Assembly (NCBI RefSeq): GCF_031260295.1
Contig: NZ_JAIRKE010000052.1
DNA length: 64,000 bases
DNA from: Azonexus sp.
GTDB lineage: Bacteria > Pseudomonadota > Gammaproteobacteria > Burkholderiales > Rhodocyclaceae
Strand: one strand, 5' to 3'
Shown here: in pieces, positions 14,459-22,615 of the stretch
Position numbering within the stretch: the stretch's first letter is position 1
Layout of the letters: every line of letters begins with the position of its first letter
The notes under the pieces: generated by a model
Databases searched by the model: none
What the model saw: only the letters and a program-made list of their open reading frames with translations
What the model was told of the DNA's origin: nothing
Position numbers and translations under genes: made by a program

Positions 14459-14503
14459 GAATGGTGCCGTCGCGGGGATGTAGCCATTGCCCGTCGCCGG
14501 GCG

Positions 14504-15661
14504 CTAGGCGAACAGTGGCAGTTGCGGTTGTTCGGCTGGTGCCGGCGTCGCCGCGTGCAGCGGCTGCAGCCCGCCGGCGCGAACGCCAAGCAGGCGGATG
14601 CGCTGTTGCAGCGGCACGCGTTTGAGACACTCACCGGCGGCGCGGCGGATAACCACGGCGTCGGCGGTGGTGGCGGGCAGCGTGAGGTCGCGAGTGACGA
14701 TCTGGAAATCGGCAAAACGCAGCTTGATGCCGATGGTTCGGCTGGCGTAGCCCTTGCGTTGCAGGTCGGCGGCGACATGGCGGCAGAGCGCAGTGAAGAT
14801 TTCCGAGAGTTCGGCCCGGTCCTGTTGCGGGTGCAGGTCGCGCTCGAAGGTGCTTTCGCGGCTGACCGACTTGATCTCGCGCTCGACGGCCACCGGACGC
14901 TCGTCGAGTCCGTGAGCAACCTGGTGCAGCCAGTCGCCGTAGCGCTGGCCAAAGTGGCGGCACAGCAACTCGCGCGGCGCGGCGGCCAGCTCGCCGATGG
15001 TGACGATGCCGAGCCCGGCGAGTTTGTCACCGGCCTTCGGGCCGATGCCATTGATCCGTCGGGCTGGCAGCGGCCAGATGCGCGCCGGAACGTTGTCCAG
15101 GCCGAGAATGGTGATGCCGTTCGGCTTGTCGAGGTCGGAGGCGATCTTGGCCAGCAGCTTGTTCGGGGTGATGCCGATCGAGCAGGTCAGGCCGGTGGCG
15201 GCGAATATCGCCGCCTTGATCTGCCGGGCCAGAGTCGGGCTGTCCTCCGGCAGGTCGCTGAGATCGATGTAGATTTCGTCGATGCCGCGATCCTCGATGT
15301 GTGGCGCGATCGTCGCCACCGCCGCCTTGAAGCGCCGCGAATAGTCGCGGTAGGCGTCGAAGTTGGCCGGCAGCAGGATGGCACCGGGTGCCCGTTGCGC
15401 CGCCTTCATCAGGCCCATCGCCGAAAAGACGCCGAGCGCCCGGGCTTCGTAGGTCGAGGTGGTGACGACACCACGGCCGGCGTAATCGCGCAAACGGGCG
15501 AACTGCCGGCTGCCGTCGGGCAGGATTTGCGGCGGGGCGACGCGGCGGCCGCCGACGACCACCGGCTGGCCGCGCAGTTCTGGGTAGTGCAGCAACTCGA
15601 CGGAAGCAAAAAAGGCATCCATGTCGAGGTGAGCGATGCGGCGATGACTGTGCATATACAC
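14504..15661 (-). CDS. dinB: DNA polymerase IV (Y-family translesion polymerase)
   Basis: RRIAHLDMDAFFASVELLHYPELRGQPVVVGG is the canonical DinB N-terminus, and the catalytic and little-finger regions are present. GTG at 15661 or ATG at 15655 (MHSHRR) are both possible starts. Confidence 0.9.
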   Translation of the reverse strand: MYMHSHRRIAHLDMDAFFASVELLHYPELRGQPVVVGGRRVAPPQILPDGSRQFARLRDYAGRGVVTTSTYEARALGVFSAMGLMKAAQRAPGAILLPANFDAYRDYSRRFKAAVATIAPHIEDRGIDEIYIDLSDLPEDSPTLARQIKAAIFAATGLTCSIGITPNKLLAKIASDLDKPNGITILGLDNVPARIWPLPARRINGIGPKAGDKLAGLGIVTIGELAAAPRELLCRHFGQRYGDWLHQVAHGLDERPVAVEREIKSVSRESTFERDLHPQQDRAELSEIFTALCRHVAADLQRKGYASRTIGIKLRFADFQIVTRDLTLPATTADAVVIRRAAGECLKRVPLQQRIRLLGVRAGGLQPLHAATPAPAEQPQLPLFA

Positions 15662-15663
15662 AG
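15648..15663. promoter_or_regulatory. LexA (SOS) box overlapping the dinB start
   Basis: CTGTGCATATACACAG is a perfect CTGT-N8-ACAG dyad with an AT-rich centre. It sits directly over the dinB initiation codon region. Confidence 0.6.
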
Positions 15664-15873
15664 TATAATGCTTGAATAGTCCGCCGCGCTCGCTGTGGCT
15701 TATCCCCGGAAGCTGTGGATAAGCCTGTGGGCCGGGACTGGGGTGTTGTCGCAGATACCTGACGCGACAGGGTTTTTGTGCCGTCGCTCAAGAATTAGGC
15801 AGTCGTTGCACGCCCTGACATCGTGGCCATCCGCGCCGGGACGGCCGCCATATCGTTGCTGGAGCTTGTGCCG

Positions 15874-16167
15874 ATGAAAATCCATCTTGAGCCTAGGGCG
15901 GTGAAACCCTGGTTCCTGTACCTGATCGAGTGCGTAGACGGCAGCATCTACACCGGCATTACCACCGACGTTGCCGCGCGCTACGCCGCCCATTGTCGCG
16001 GAGTAGGCGCTCGCTACACGCGCTCGCGGCCACCGGTCAGGCTGCTTGGGTTCGAGGCGCGTCCCGACCGGGCCAGCGCCGCGCGCGCCGAATACCGCAT
16101 CAAGCAGTTACTGGCGGCGGCCAAGCGCGAGTATGCGCGCCGCCTGGCCGAGGCCGGGAGGGCGTGA
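15874..16167 (+). CDS. GIY-YIG nuclease-family protein (UPF0213-like)
   Basis: WFLYLIECVDGSIYTGITTDVAARYAAH is a GIY-YIG motif in a ~97-aa protein starting at MKIHLE. Confidence 0.8.
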   Translation: MKIHLEPRAVKPWFLYLIECVDGSIYTGITTDVAARYAAHCRGVGARYTRSRPPVRLLGFEARPDRASAARAEYRIKQLLAAAKREYARRLAEAGRA

Positions 16168-16178
16168 GCGCCATCATT

Positions 16179-16275
16179 CCATTTTCAAATCGGCCGAGTA
16201 CGCGAAGGCAAAGCGCAGACAGTGCTGTTGCACGGCAAGCGAAGCCGACAAAGTAATCGGTTGATTTGAAAATGG
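16179..16275. repeat. AT-rich 16-bp perfect inverted repeat (ATTCCATTTTCAAATC / GATTTGAAAATGGAAT) flanking about 71 bp between convergent genes
   Basis: Arms at ~16179-16191 and ~16263-16275 (extendable to 16 bp) were read directly from the sequence. The AT-rich arms contrast with the flanking GC-rich DNA. Confidence 0.5.
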
Positions 16276-16277
16276 AA

Positions 16278-16919
16278 TCAGCCGAGCAGCTTGCGCTGGT
16301 CGAGATAGGTTTCGAGAATTTGCAGGCGAGCCAGCGGGTCGTCGAGTTCCAGCAGCTTCTGTTTGGCCAGGTTCTGGATCGGCAGTACCTCGGTGATGCG
16401 GTAGCCGACCCAGGCCGCATCGTCGAAACGATGCGGTTCGGGAATACGCTTCGGCCCGAGGTCGCCCACGATGCGCCGCAGCAGCGGCAACAGCCGGCGC
16501 CGCTCGGGGGGCGGTGTCACCGGCTTCGGCTCGGTAAGTAGTTCGACCGTCGCTTCGAGCAGGTTAGCCGGGCCGACCTGCGATTCGATGATGCGGAAAC
16601 GCCGGCCACCATTGGCGCTGATCAGCAAGATGCCGAGCTGTTCCATTTCCCAACTGGCGATGGTGGCCAGCGTGCCGACCGGATGCGGGGTCGCGCTGCC
16701 GGTTTCGCTGCCGCTGGCGATCAGGCAGATGCCGAATGGCTTGGCTTCTTTCAGGCAGTCGGCCGCCATGTCGAGATAGCGCTGCTCAAAAATCTTCAGC
16801 GCCAGCAAGCCACCGGGAAAGAGCACGGCGTTCAGCGGCAGCAGCGGCAGATGCATCGTCTCGACAGCGGCGCCGGCCGGCGCGCGGGTGAAGTCGAACC
16901 AGCCCATCAGCTTCCCCAA
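16278..16919 (-). CDS. Lon protease N-terminal (LON substrate-binding) domain protein
   Basis: LPLLPLNAVLFPGGLLALKIFEQRYLDM is typical of the LON N-domain. About 213 aa. Confidence 0.75.
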   Translation of the reverse strand: MGKLMGWFDFTRAPAGAAVETMHLPLLPLNAVLFPGGLLALKIFEQRYLDMAADCLKEAKPFGICLIASGSETGSATPHPVGTLATIASWEMEQLGILLISANGGRRFRIIESQVGPANLLEATVELLTEPKPVTPPPERRRLLPLLRRIVGDLGPKRIPEPHRFDDAAWVGYRITEVLPIQNLAKQKLLELDDPLARLQILETYLDQRKLLG

Positions 16920-17512
16920 CGTTGTATTAGTGTATGCGGCACGGCCAGTTGGTCGAGGATGCGGGCGACGACGAAATCGACGAGATCGCCGACGGCCTGT
17001 GGGTGGTGGTAGAAGCCCGGGCTGGGCGGCAGGATCACCGCGCCGGCGCGCGTCAGGCGCAGCATGTTTTCCAGGTGGATGGCCGACAACGGTGTTTCAC
17101 GCGGGACCAGCACCAGCTTGCGGCCTTCCTTGAGCGCCACGTCGGCGGCGCGACTGATCAGGTTGGTCGCCAGGCCCTGGGCGATGGCCGCCAGGGTGCC
17201 CATTGAGCACGGGCAGACGATCATGGCGTCGGGCGGATTGGAGCCGGAGGCGAGCGGGGCGAACCATTCCTCGCGGCCGTACACGGCCAGCAATTCCGGG
17301 TCGGCCGCCGGCAGGTGGGCGAGCAGGGCGGCGCGGGCCTCGGCCGGGCGCGACGACAGCTCCAGTTCCATTTCCTGGCGAGCGACCACTTGGGCCGCCT
17401 GCGAGTACAGGAGCTGCACGCGGCAGCCGGCCGCCAGCAGGCAATCCAGCAGGCGCAGCCCGTAGGGCATGCCGGAGGCGCCGGTCAAGGCGAGGCAGAC
17501 GGTTGTGGACAT
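16907..17512 (-). CDS. ubiX: Flavin prenyltransferase UbiX
   Basis: LALTGASGMPYGLRLLDCLL is the flavoprotein N-terminus of UbiX/Pad1. About 200 aa. Confidence 0.9.
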   Translation of the reverse strand: MSTTVCLALTGASGMPYGLRLLDCLLAAGCRVQLLYSQAAQVVARQEMELELSSRPAEARAALLAHLPAADPELLAVYGREEWFAPLASGSNPPDAMIVCPCSMGTLAAIAQGLATNLISRAADVALKEGRKLVLVPRETPLSAIHLENMLRLTRAGAVILPPSPGFYHHPQAVGDLVDFVVARILDQLAVPHTLIQRWGS

Positions 17513-18108
17513 GGAGGGTCTTCGGTGGCAGCTTCAGCCAGCAGTTTAGCCGCGATCAGGCCGTTGAGGGTGCCGAAGACGAGGGCGGCGGCGGCGAACA
17601 GCGGCGCCAGCAGGAACACGCCGTCGTGCGGAATCAGCCAGGCACGGGCGAGTAGCAACTGGCCGCCGATGTGGGCGAAAGCAGCGAACAGCGACAGGCT
17701 GACCGGGCCGAACCAGCGTGCCGGCAGGTGCCGCGCCAGGCCCAGCGTCAGCAGGCTTGCCGTGGTGCCGGTCAGCGACAGGAAGAAGCCGGGGGCAAGA
17801 AAGTGACCGAGCAGCAGGCTGCCGGCCAGCACGCGCAGGATGCTGACCCAGACGGCGGTGCCCCAGCCGTAGCGCAGCAATACGACCAACGTGACGATGT
17901 TGGCCAGGCCCGGCTTGATGCCCGGCAGTGGTGTCGGGATCGCGGCGTCCACTAGCGACAGGCCGACCGCGGCGGTGGCCAGCCAAGCGACACGGTGGTC
18001 CTCGGCAGTGACCGTCAGTTCAGTTTCAGTAACTGATCGAGTCATAGAGGCGGGTACGGCCGGCAATCTGCAGGCTAACGCGGTTGGGGGCGCAGATGGC
18101 GATTTCAC
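17485..18108 (-). CDS. Gx-transporter-family membrane protein (heptaprenyl diphosphate synthase component I-like, PF07456)
   Basis: Polytopic membrane protein with GIKPGLANIVTLVVLLRYGWGTAVWVSILRVLAGSLLLG. It is usually paired with a NusG-domain-II protein, as it is here. Confidence 0.6.
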   Translation of the reverse strand: MKSPSAPPTALACRLPAVPASMTRSVTETELTVTAEDHRVAWLATAAVGLSLVDAAIPTPLPGIKPGLANIVTLVVLLRYGWGTAVWVSILRVLAGSLLLGHFLAPGFFLSLTGTTASLLTLGLARHLPARWFGPVSLSLFAAFAHIGGQLLLARAWLIPHDGVFLLAPLFAAAALVFGTLNGLIAAKLLAEAATEDPPCPQPSASP

Positions 18109-18403
18109 CGGGGCGTGTCAGCCAGCCCTGGCGCACGCAATACTGGCGCGGGCCGGGATCGCTGACGACGCGGGCGCGGCCGGGTTCGACGGCGATCAGC
18201 GTGAGGCCGAGCGGCCCGGCGACTTCGAATTCACGCCGGGCGCGTAGGTCGACTTCGGCGAAGACCCTGCCTTCCTGGCGGATGATGGCGCGCTCGCCAA
18301 CACCACCTCGCCAGAACAGCGGAATGCTCAGGCCGGCGCACAGGGCGCCGGCGAGAATGACCAGCCAGTCACCCGGCCGGAACAGCGCCAGCCAGGGTTT
18401 CAA
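18026..18403 (-). CDS. NusG domain II-containing (DUF1312) membrane-anchored protein
   Basis: N-terminal TM helix, then a beta-rich domain RQEGRVFAEVDLRARREFEVAGPLGLTLIAVEPGRARVV. It overlaps the neighbouring Gx-transporter gene, a conserved pairing. Confidence 0.55.
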   Translation of the reverse strand: MKPWLALFRPGDWLVILAGALCAGLSIPLFWRGGVGERAIIRQEGRVFAEVDLRARREFEVAGPLGLTLIAVEPGRARVVSDPGPRQYCVRQGWLTRPGEIAICAPNRVSLQIAGRTRLYDSISY

Positions 18404-19257
18404 TTTCCTGCCAGGCTGCGATGACGGACTAGGACGCGGGCGCGCTGGGCGAACTCACGGCCCAGCCATTCGGTGATGTACACCGAGCGGTGCTGGCCGC
18501 CGGTACAGCCGATGGCCACCGTCAGGTAGCTGCGGTTGTCGCGAATGTAGGCTGGCAGCCAATCGCCGACGAAGCGGCCGATGTCGTCGCGCATGCGCAC
18601 GACTTCGGCTTCAGCTTCGAGGAATTCGACTACCGGCCGGTCGCGCCCGGTCAGCGGGCGTAGCGCCGTGTCGTAGTGCGGGTTGGGCAGGCAGCGGACG
18701 TCGAAGACCAGGTCGGCGTCGAGCGGAATGCCGTGCTTGAAGCCGAAGGATTCGAACATCAGGGTCAGCCCCTGGCCCGGCTCGGCCTCGATGAACTGGC
18801 GCACCCACTCGCGCAAAGCCGCCGGCTTCAGGCCGCTGGTGTCGATGCGGTGGCCGAGGCTGGAGATTGGGTCGAGCAGTTCGCGCTCGGCGCGGATCGC
18901 TTCCTCCAGCGTTTTCCCGGCGCTGGCCAGCGGGTGTCGGCGGCGCGACTCGGAATAGCGCTTGAGCAGCGTTTCGGCGTCGGCGTGCAGGTAGAGAAAG
19001 GTCGGATTGACGTCCTCTTCGGCCAGCTTGTGCAGCCTCTCCGGCAGCAGGTCGATACCATGTCCGGAGCGGGAGTCGATGGCCACCGCCACCTTGCGCG
19101 TATGTTCCTCCTTGAGCATCCGGACCAGCACCGTCAGCATCACCACTGGCAGGTTATCTACACAGTAATAACCGGAGTCCTCCAGCAAGTTGAGCGCGAC
19201 GGATTTGCCAGAACCGGAAAGGCCACTGATGAGGATGAGTTGCATGCGGCGCAGCAT
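18400..19257 (-). CDS. rapZ: RNase adapter protein RapZ
   Basis: MLRRMQLILISGLSGSGKSVALNLLEDSGYYCVDNLPVVML carries the Walker A motif, giving a ~285-aa protein. The ORF-track N-terminal extension to 19497 was rejected (RapZ is ~284 aa). Confidence 0.85.
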   Translation of the reverse strand: MLRRMQLILISGLSGSGKSVALNLLEDSGYYCVDNLPVVMLTVLVRMLKEEHTRKVAVAIDSRSGHGIDLLPERLHKLAEEDVNPTFLYLHADAETLLKRYSESRRRHPLASAGKTLEEAIRAERELLDPISSLGHRIDTSGLKPAALREWVRQFIEAEPGQGLTLMFESFGFKHGIPLDADLVFDVRCLPNPHYDTALRPLTGRDRPVVEFLEAEAEVVRMRDDIGRFVGDWLPAYIRDNRSYLTVAIGCTGGQHRSVYITEWLGREFAQRARVLVRHRSLAGN

Positions 19258-19442
19258 AATCAAGGCGGTGCGGTCCCGCAAGCCGGGCATAATAATGGGA
19301 TGAGCCGCCCGCGTCGGGCGGCTGCCGATTCCGCGCTCGCGGCCTGCAGGCGGCCGCTGGAGCCGGATCGGATGCCGCCACTCGCAGCGCGGGAACATGC
19401 CGTATTGCGGCCCGGTCAACTCGCGATCAAAAGGAGACGAAC

Positions 19443-20621
19443 ATGCCCCCGACCCTGCCCTTGCTCGAATTACCTTTCCTCGCCGAACTGATGGCACAGC
19501 GGCGCGACATCCACGCGCACCCGGAACTGGCGTTCGATGAATATCGCACGGCTGATCTGGTGGCGGGCGAACTGGCGCGCTACGGGCTCGAAGTGCATCG
19601 CGGCATTGCCCGTACCGGTGTTGTCGGCGTGCTCAAGGCTGGCACTTCGTCACGCATGATCGGCTTGCGTGCCGACATGGACGCGCTACCGGTCGCCGAA
19701 CTGAACGAATTCCCGCATCACTCGAAGCATCCGGGCAAGATGCACGCCTGTGGCCACGATGGCCATACCGCGATGCTCCTCGGCGCTGCCCGCCATCTGG
19801 CAGCGCATCCGGATTTCGACGGCACCGCCGTGTTCATCTTCCAGCCGGCCGAAGAGTCGGAGGGCGGCGCCGCGGTGATGATCGAGGAAGGCCTGTTCGA
19901 GCGCTTTCCGGTCGACGCAGTGTTCGGCCTGCACAACTGGCCGGGTATCCCGGTCGGCGAGATGGCGGTGATGCCGGGACCGGTGATGGCTGGTACCTGT
20001 GCCTTCGAGATCTCCGTGCGCGGCCACGGTTGCCACGCGGCGATGCCGCATCAGGGTGTCGATGCCATCGTTGCCGGGGCGCAACTGGTGCAGGCGCTGC
20101 AGACGGTGGTCAGCCGCAACCTGCATCCCTGCGAGTCGGCCGTGGTCAGCGTTACCCAGTTCCACGCCGGCGAGGCCTGGAATGTCATTCCCGAGGAAGT
20201 CGTGCTGCGCGGCACTATCCGCAGCTTCAAGGCCGAGGTGCAAGAGCTGGTCGAGCGCGCCATCGAGCGCCTGTGCAGTGGCGTCGCCGCGGCCAATGGA
20301 GCGCAGATCGGCGTGCGTTTCGACCACCGTTATCCGCCAACGGTAAACAGCCCGGCCGAAGCCCGCTTTTGCCAGGAAGTAGCGGCCGCGGTGTTGGGCG
20401 AGGAGCGGGTGCTGACTGACGCGTTGCCGTCGATGGGCGCTGAGGATTTTGCCTACATGCTGCGCGAGAAGCCCGGCTGCTACGTGTGGCTCGGCAACGG
20501 GCCGGGCACCGGCGGCTGCACGCTGCACAACCCGCACTACGACTTCAACGACGAACTCTTGAACTTCGGCATCAATTACTGGGTGCGCCTGGTGCAGCGG
20601 GCGCTGCCGAAGGGGGATTGA
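19443..20621 (+). CDS. M20D-family amidohydrolase (hippurate hydrolase / N-acyl-amino-acid amidohydrolase-like)
   Basis: MHACGHDGHTAMLLGAARHLA metal-binding motif with the characteristic M20 dimerisation domain. 392 aa. Confidence 0.85.
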   Translation: MPPTLPLLELPFLAELMAQRRDIHAHPELAFDEYRTADLVAGELARYGLEVHRGIARTGVVGVLKAGTSSRMIGLRADMDALPVAELNEFPHHSKHPGKMHACGHDGHTAMLLGAARHLAAHPDFDGTAVFIFQPAEESEGGAAVMIEEGLFERFPVDAVFGLHNWPGIPVGEMAVMPGPVMAGTCAFEISVRGHGCHAAMPHQGVDAIVAGAQLVQALQTVVSRNLHPCESAVVSVTQFHAGEAWNVIPEEVVLRGTIRSFKAEVQELVERAIERLCSGVAAANGAQIGVRFDHRYPPTVNSPAEARFCQEVAAAVLGEERVLTDALPSMGAEDFAYMLREKPGCYVWLGNGPGTGGCTLHNPHYDFNDELLNFGINYWVRLVQRALPKGD

Positions 20622-20789
20622 GCGTCGCAGGCCGGCGTGCTATCGGCTTGCTTTGTCCCCGATTGCACCGGCAGGATTTTGTTGCCAACGTCATTTTGCG
20701 ACTACGTGCAGCATGACGTTCTCCTCAGCCCAGGCCAGAGCGGGCAGCTGCGACAAGGCGGCCAATAGACGCCAGGACGACGGATGCGG

Positions 20790-21122
20790 TCATGGCAAAA
20801 CCTCCAAGTCGGACGGCTGTATGTAGAGGCTGTTGAGAACAGGGTTATGGCAAGGTAGCCCCAGTTGCACAACGGATGTATCGAAACAGACAAGAACACG
20901 CCCTCTGCCATTTAGCGGTTCGACAATCCTTCCGCTTTTCCCGATAAGTGCCCAGTAGTTTTCATCCTGACGGCAGCAATCTGGAGCCGAGTCCGTGCCG
21001 TTGAAGGATTTCAGAATGACTCGCGTATTGACCGGTAGCATGAGAGGGCTTGGTAGATCATGGCTCATCGCTTCGCCGATGCGAGTTGGACCCGCCGACT
21101 TGTCATGTTTCAGTTCGACCAT
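20790..21122 (-). CDS. Small hypothetical protein in a low-GC islet
   Basis: MVELKHDKSAGPTRIGEAMSHD..., ~110 aa. It overlaps the end of the upstream zinc-ribbon gene by ~20 nt. No recognisable domain. Confidence 0.35.
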   Translation of the reverse strand: MVELKHDKSAGPTRIGEAMSHDLPSPLMLPVNTRVILKSFNGTDSAPDCCRQDENYWALIGKSGRIVEPLNGRGRVLVCFDTSVVQLGLPCHNPVLNSLYIQPSDLEVLP

Positions 21123-21573
21123 GTTTGTGCGCCAATCCTTCCAGATGAACTCGTCGCGCTTCCGTTTTCCTGTCTTTGTCTGCGCTGCGGCAACTGCGGC
21201 AGAGAACCGCCTGAGTATTGATATTGCCCTTGGCAACTTCGTACCACCACTTTTGTCGCTCGGCCGGCCACACTTCCTCTTTTCCACACTGCCGACATAC
21301 CACGATCTTGTCCATATAGAACCGGGGCAGGAGGCCATAGGTGTTGTTGTGGGCGAGCTGCGCCGCATCGGCCGTCACTGCCCCCGGCGGAACTGGCGTG
21401 TATTCGTCTGTCGGGTCCACGCCAGAAAGCTGCTTCGCTCTTTGAAGTCGATCCTCTTCCAGGCGTTGCTGCTTGCGCTTGCGGATCGTCATCGTTTTTC
21501 TGAAACATGAGCGCCTTGGCGCGGCGGCGCGGGATGCAGCAGTGGGGCTGGACATTGACCGGTTGTGGCGCAA
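21103..21573 (-). CDS. Zinc-ribbon domain protein ('probable zinc-ribbon' family); the true start is likely MTIRKRKQQ at 21492
   Basis: C-x2-C-G ... W..ERQKWWYE ... C-x2-CR (VCRQCGKEEVWPAERQKWWYEVAKGNINTQAVLCRSCR) matches the small bacterial zinc-ribbon family. It sits in a local ~50% GC stretch. Confidence 0.5.
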   Translation of the reverse strand: MRHNRSMSSPTAASRAAAPRRSCFRKTMTIRKRKQQRLEEDRLQRAKQLSGVDPTDEYTPVPPGAVTADAAQLAHNNTYGLLPRFYMDKIVVCRQCGKEEVWPAERQKWWYEVAKGNINTQAVLCRSCRSADKDRKTEARRVHLEGLAHKHGRTET

Positions 21574-21631
21574 GACACTGAAAACGGCTTGGGCTTGAAC
21601 ATGATTGCGGTGCGGCTTGAATGCCAGGTTT

Positions 21632-22615
21632 TCAGATCAGCATGAAACGGCGCTGTTGGTCGCGCATGGTGTCGACCGCCTCGCGGGCTTCGGCGCGGCT
21701 GATGCGGACGAGCATGGCCAGGTGAAGACGCTGGTCGCGAGTGCTGAGTTCCGGGAAATGCAGGGTCTGGACGCTGGCGTCATCGGTCGGATCGCGGACG
21801 ACGCCCAGGCGGTCGACGCTGATGCTGAATGGCGTGAGGCGCAGCGCGGGCTCGGGTTTGAGCAGGAAATCGCCGAGTGCGTCGAGCAGTGGATCGGGCA
21901 TCAAGGTATCGGCAATCTGGCGCAGGCGGGCGTCGAGTTCGGCCAGATGGCGGGTACAACCCTCGATCTCGCGGCCCGAGGTGGCGTGCAGCACGGTCAA
22001 GTAGGTGCGCTCGACCGAAGCATCGGCGCGCAGGTCGTCGCGTTCGTGGCGCAAGGCGTCGAGGTGCGCCTGGAAGGTCTGCAGCAGGCTTTCCAGCGCC
22101 ATGCCGCGCAGGCGTTCGCGCAGATCGCCGAGGTCGCACTGCGGTGCGATCAGCGTTTGGTTGGAGAAGAACAGCACCCGTTGCGGCACGTCATTTTCGA
22201 TCAGGTCGCCACGGCGCTTCATGCCGAGCTGCTGCTTTTCCTGGTGGCGGGCGACGAGCAAGGCGTGGAAGTGGTCAGCCTGACAACTGGCTGGGCTGCT
22301 CAGGAAGTCGCGTACCGCCTGGCTGCGTCCGAGCATCTGGTCGATGTCGTCGGCGGTGGCGAACAACGCATGCACCAGCGGGTCGCTGGCGAAGGCCTGG
22401 CGGTCGACGGCGATCGGCCCCGGCAACGCGTCGACCAGGCCGGCGCAGTAGCCGAGGGCGTGAGTCAAAGGCGTGGCCAAGCGATGGTCGAAATGGCTGG
22501 CGGCGCGCAACATCGGATCGACCAGGCCGGCCACCCGGGCCAGTGCATCGACCAGTTGTGGGTCGGGTGGCGGGGCGGGTTTGAGGAAGTTGGCGACGGC
22601 GGAGAAAAGGCTCAC
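21632..22615 (-). CDS. Hypothetical protein (327 aa), translationally coupled to HMG-CoA lyase
   Basis: A long ORF with protein-like composition and no recognisable motif. Its start overlaps the stop of the upstream lyase gene. Confidence 0.6.
   Translation of the reverse strand: MSLFSAVANFLKPAPPPDPQLVDALARVAGLVDPMLRAASHFDHRLATPLTHALGYCAGLVDALPGPIAVDRQAFASDPLVHALFATADDIDQMLGRSQAVRDFLSSPASCQADHFHALLVARHQEKQQLGMKRRGDLIENDVPQRVLFFSNQTLIAPQCDLGDLRERLRGMALESLLQTFQAHLDALRHERDDLRADASVERTYLTVLHATSGREIEGCTRHLAELDARLRQIADTLMPDPLLDALGDFLLKPEPALRLTPFSISVDRLGVVRDPTDDASVQTLHFPELSTRDQRLHLAMLVRISRAEAREAVDTMRDQQRRFMLI

Noticed and set aside
18400-19497. 365-aa ORF as an N-terminally extended RapZ
   Set aside because: RapZ is ~284 aa with the Walker A motif near the N-terminus. 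The extra 80 residues look non-protein-like, so the start was moved to 19257 (MLRRMQLILISG).
20995-21510. 171-aa plus-strand ORF in the low-GC islet
   Set aside because: It is antisense to the zinc-ribbon gene, which has a clear conserved Cys signature, and shows no domain or plausible start context.
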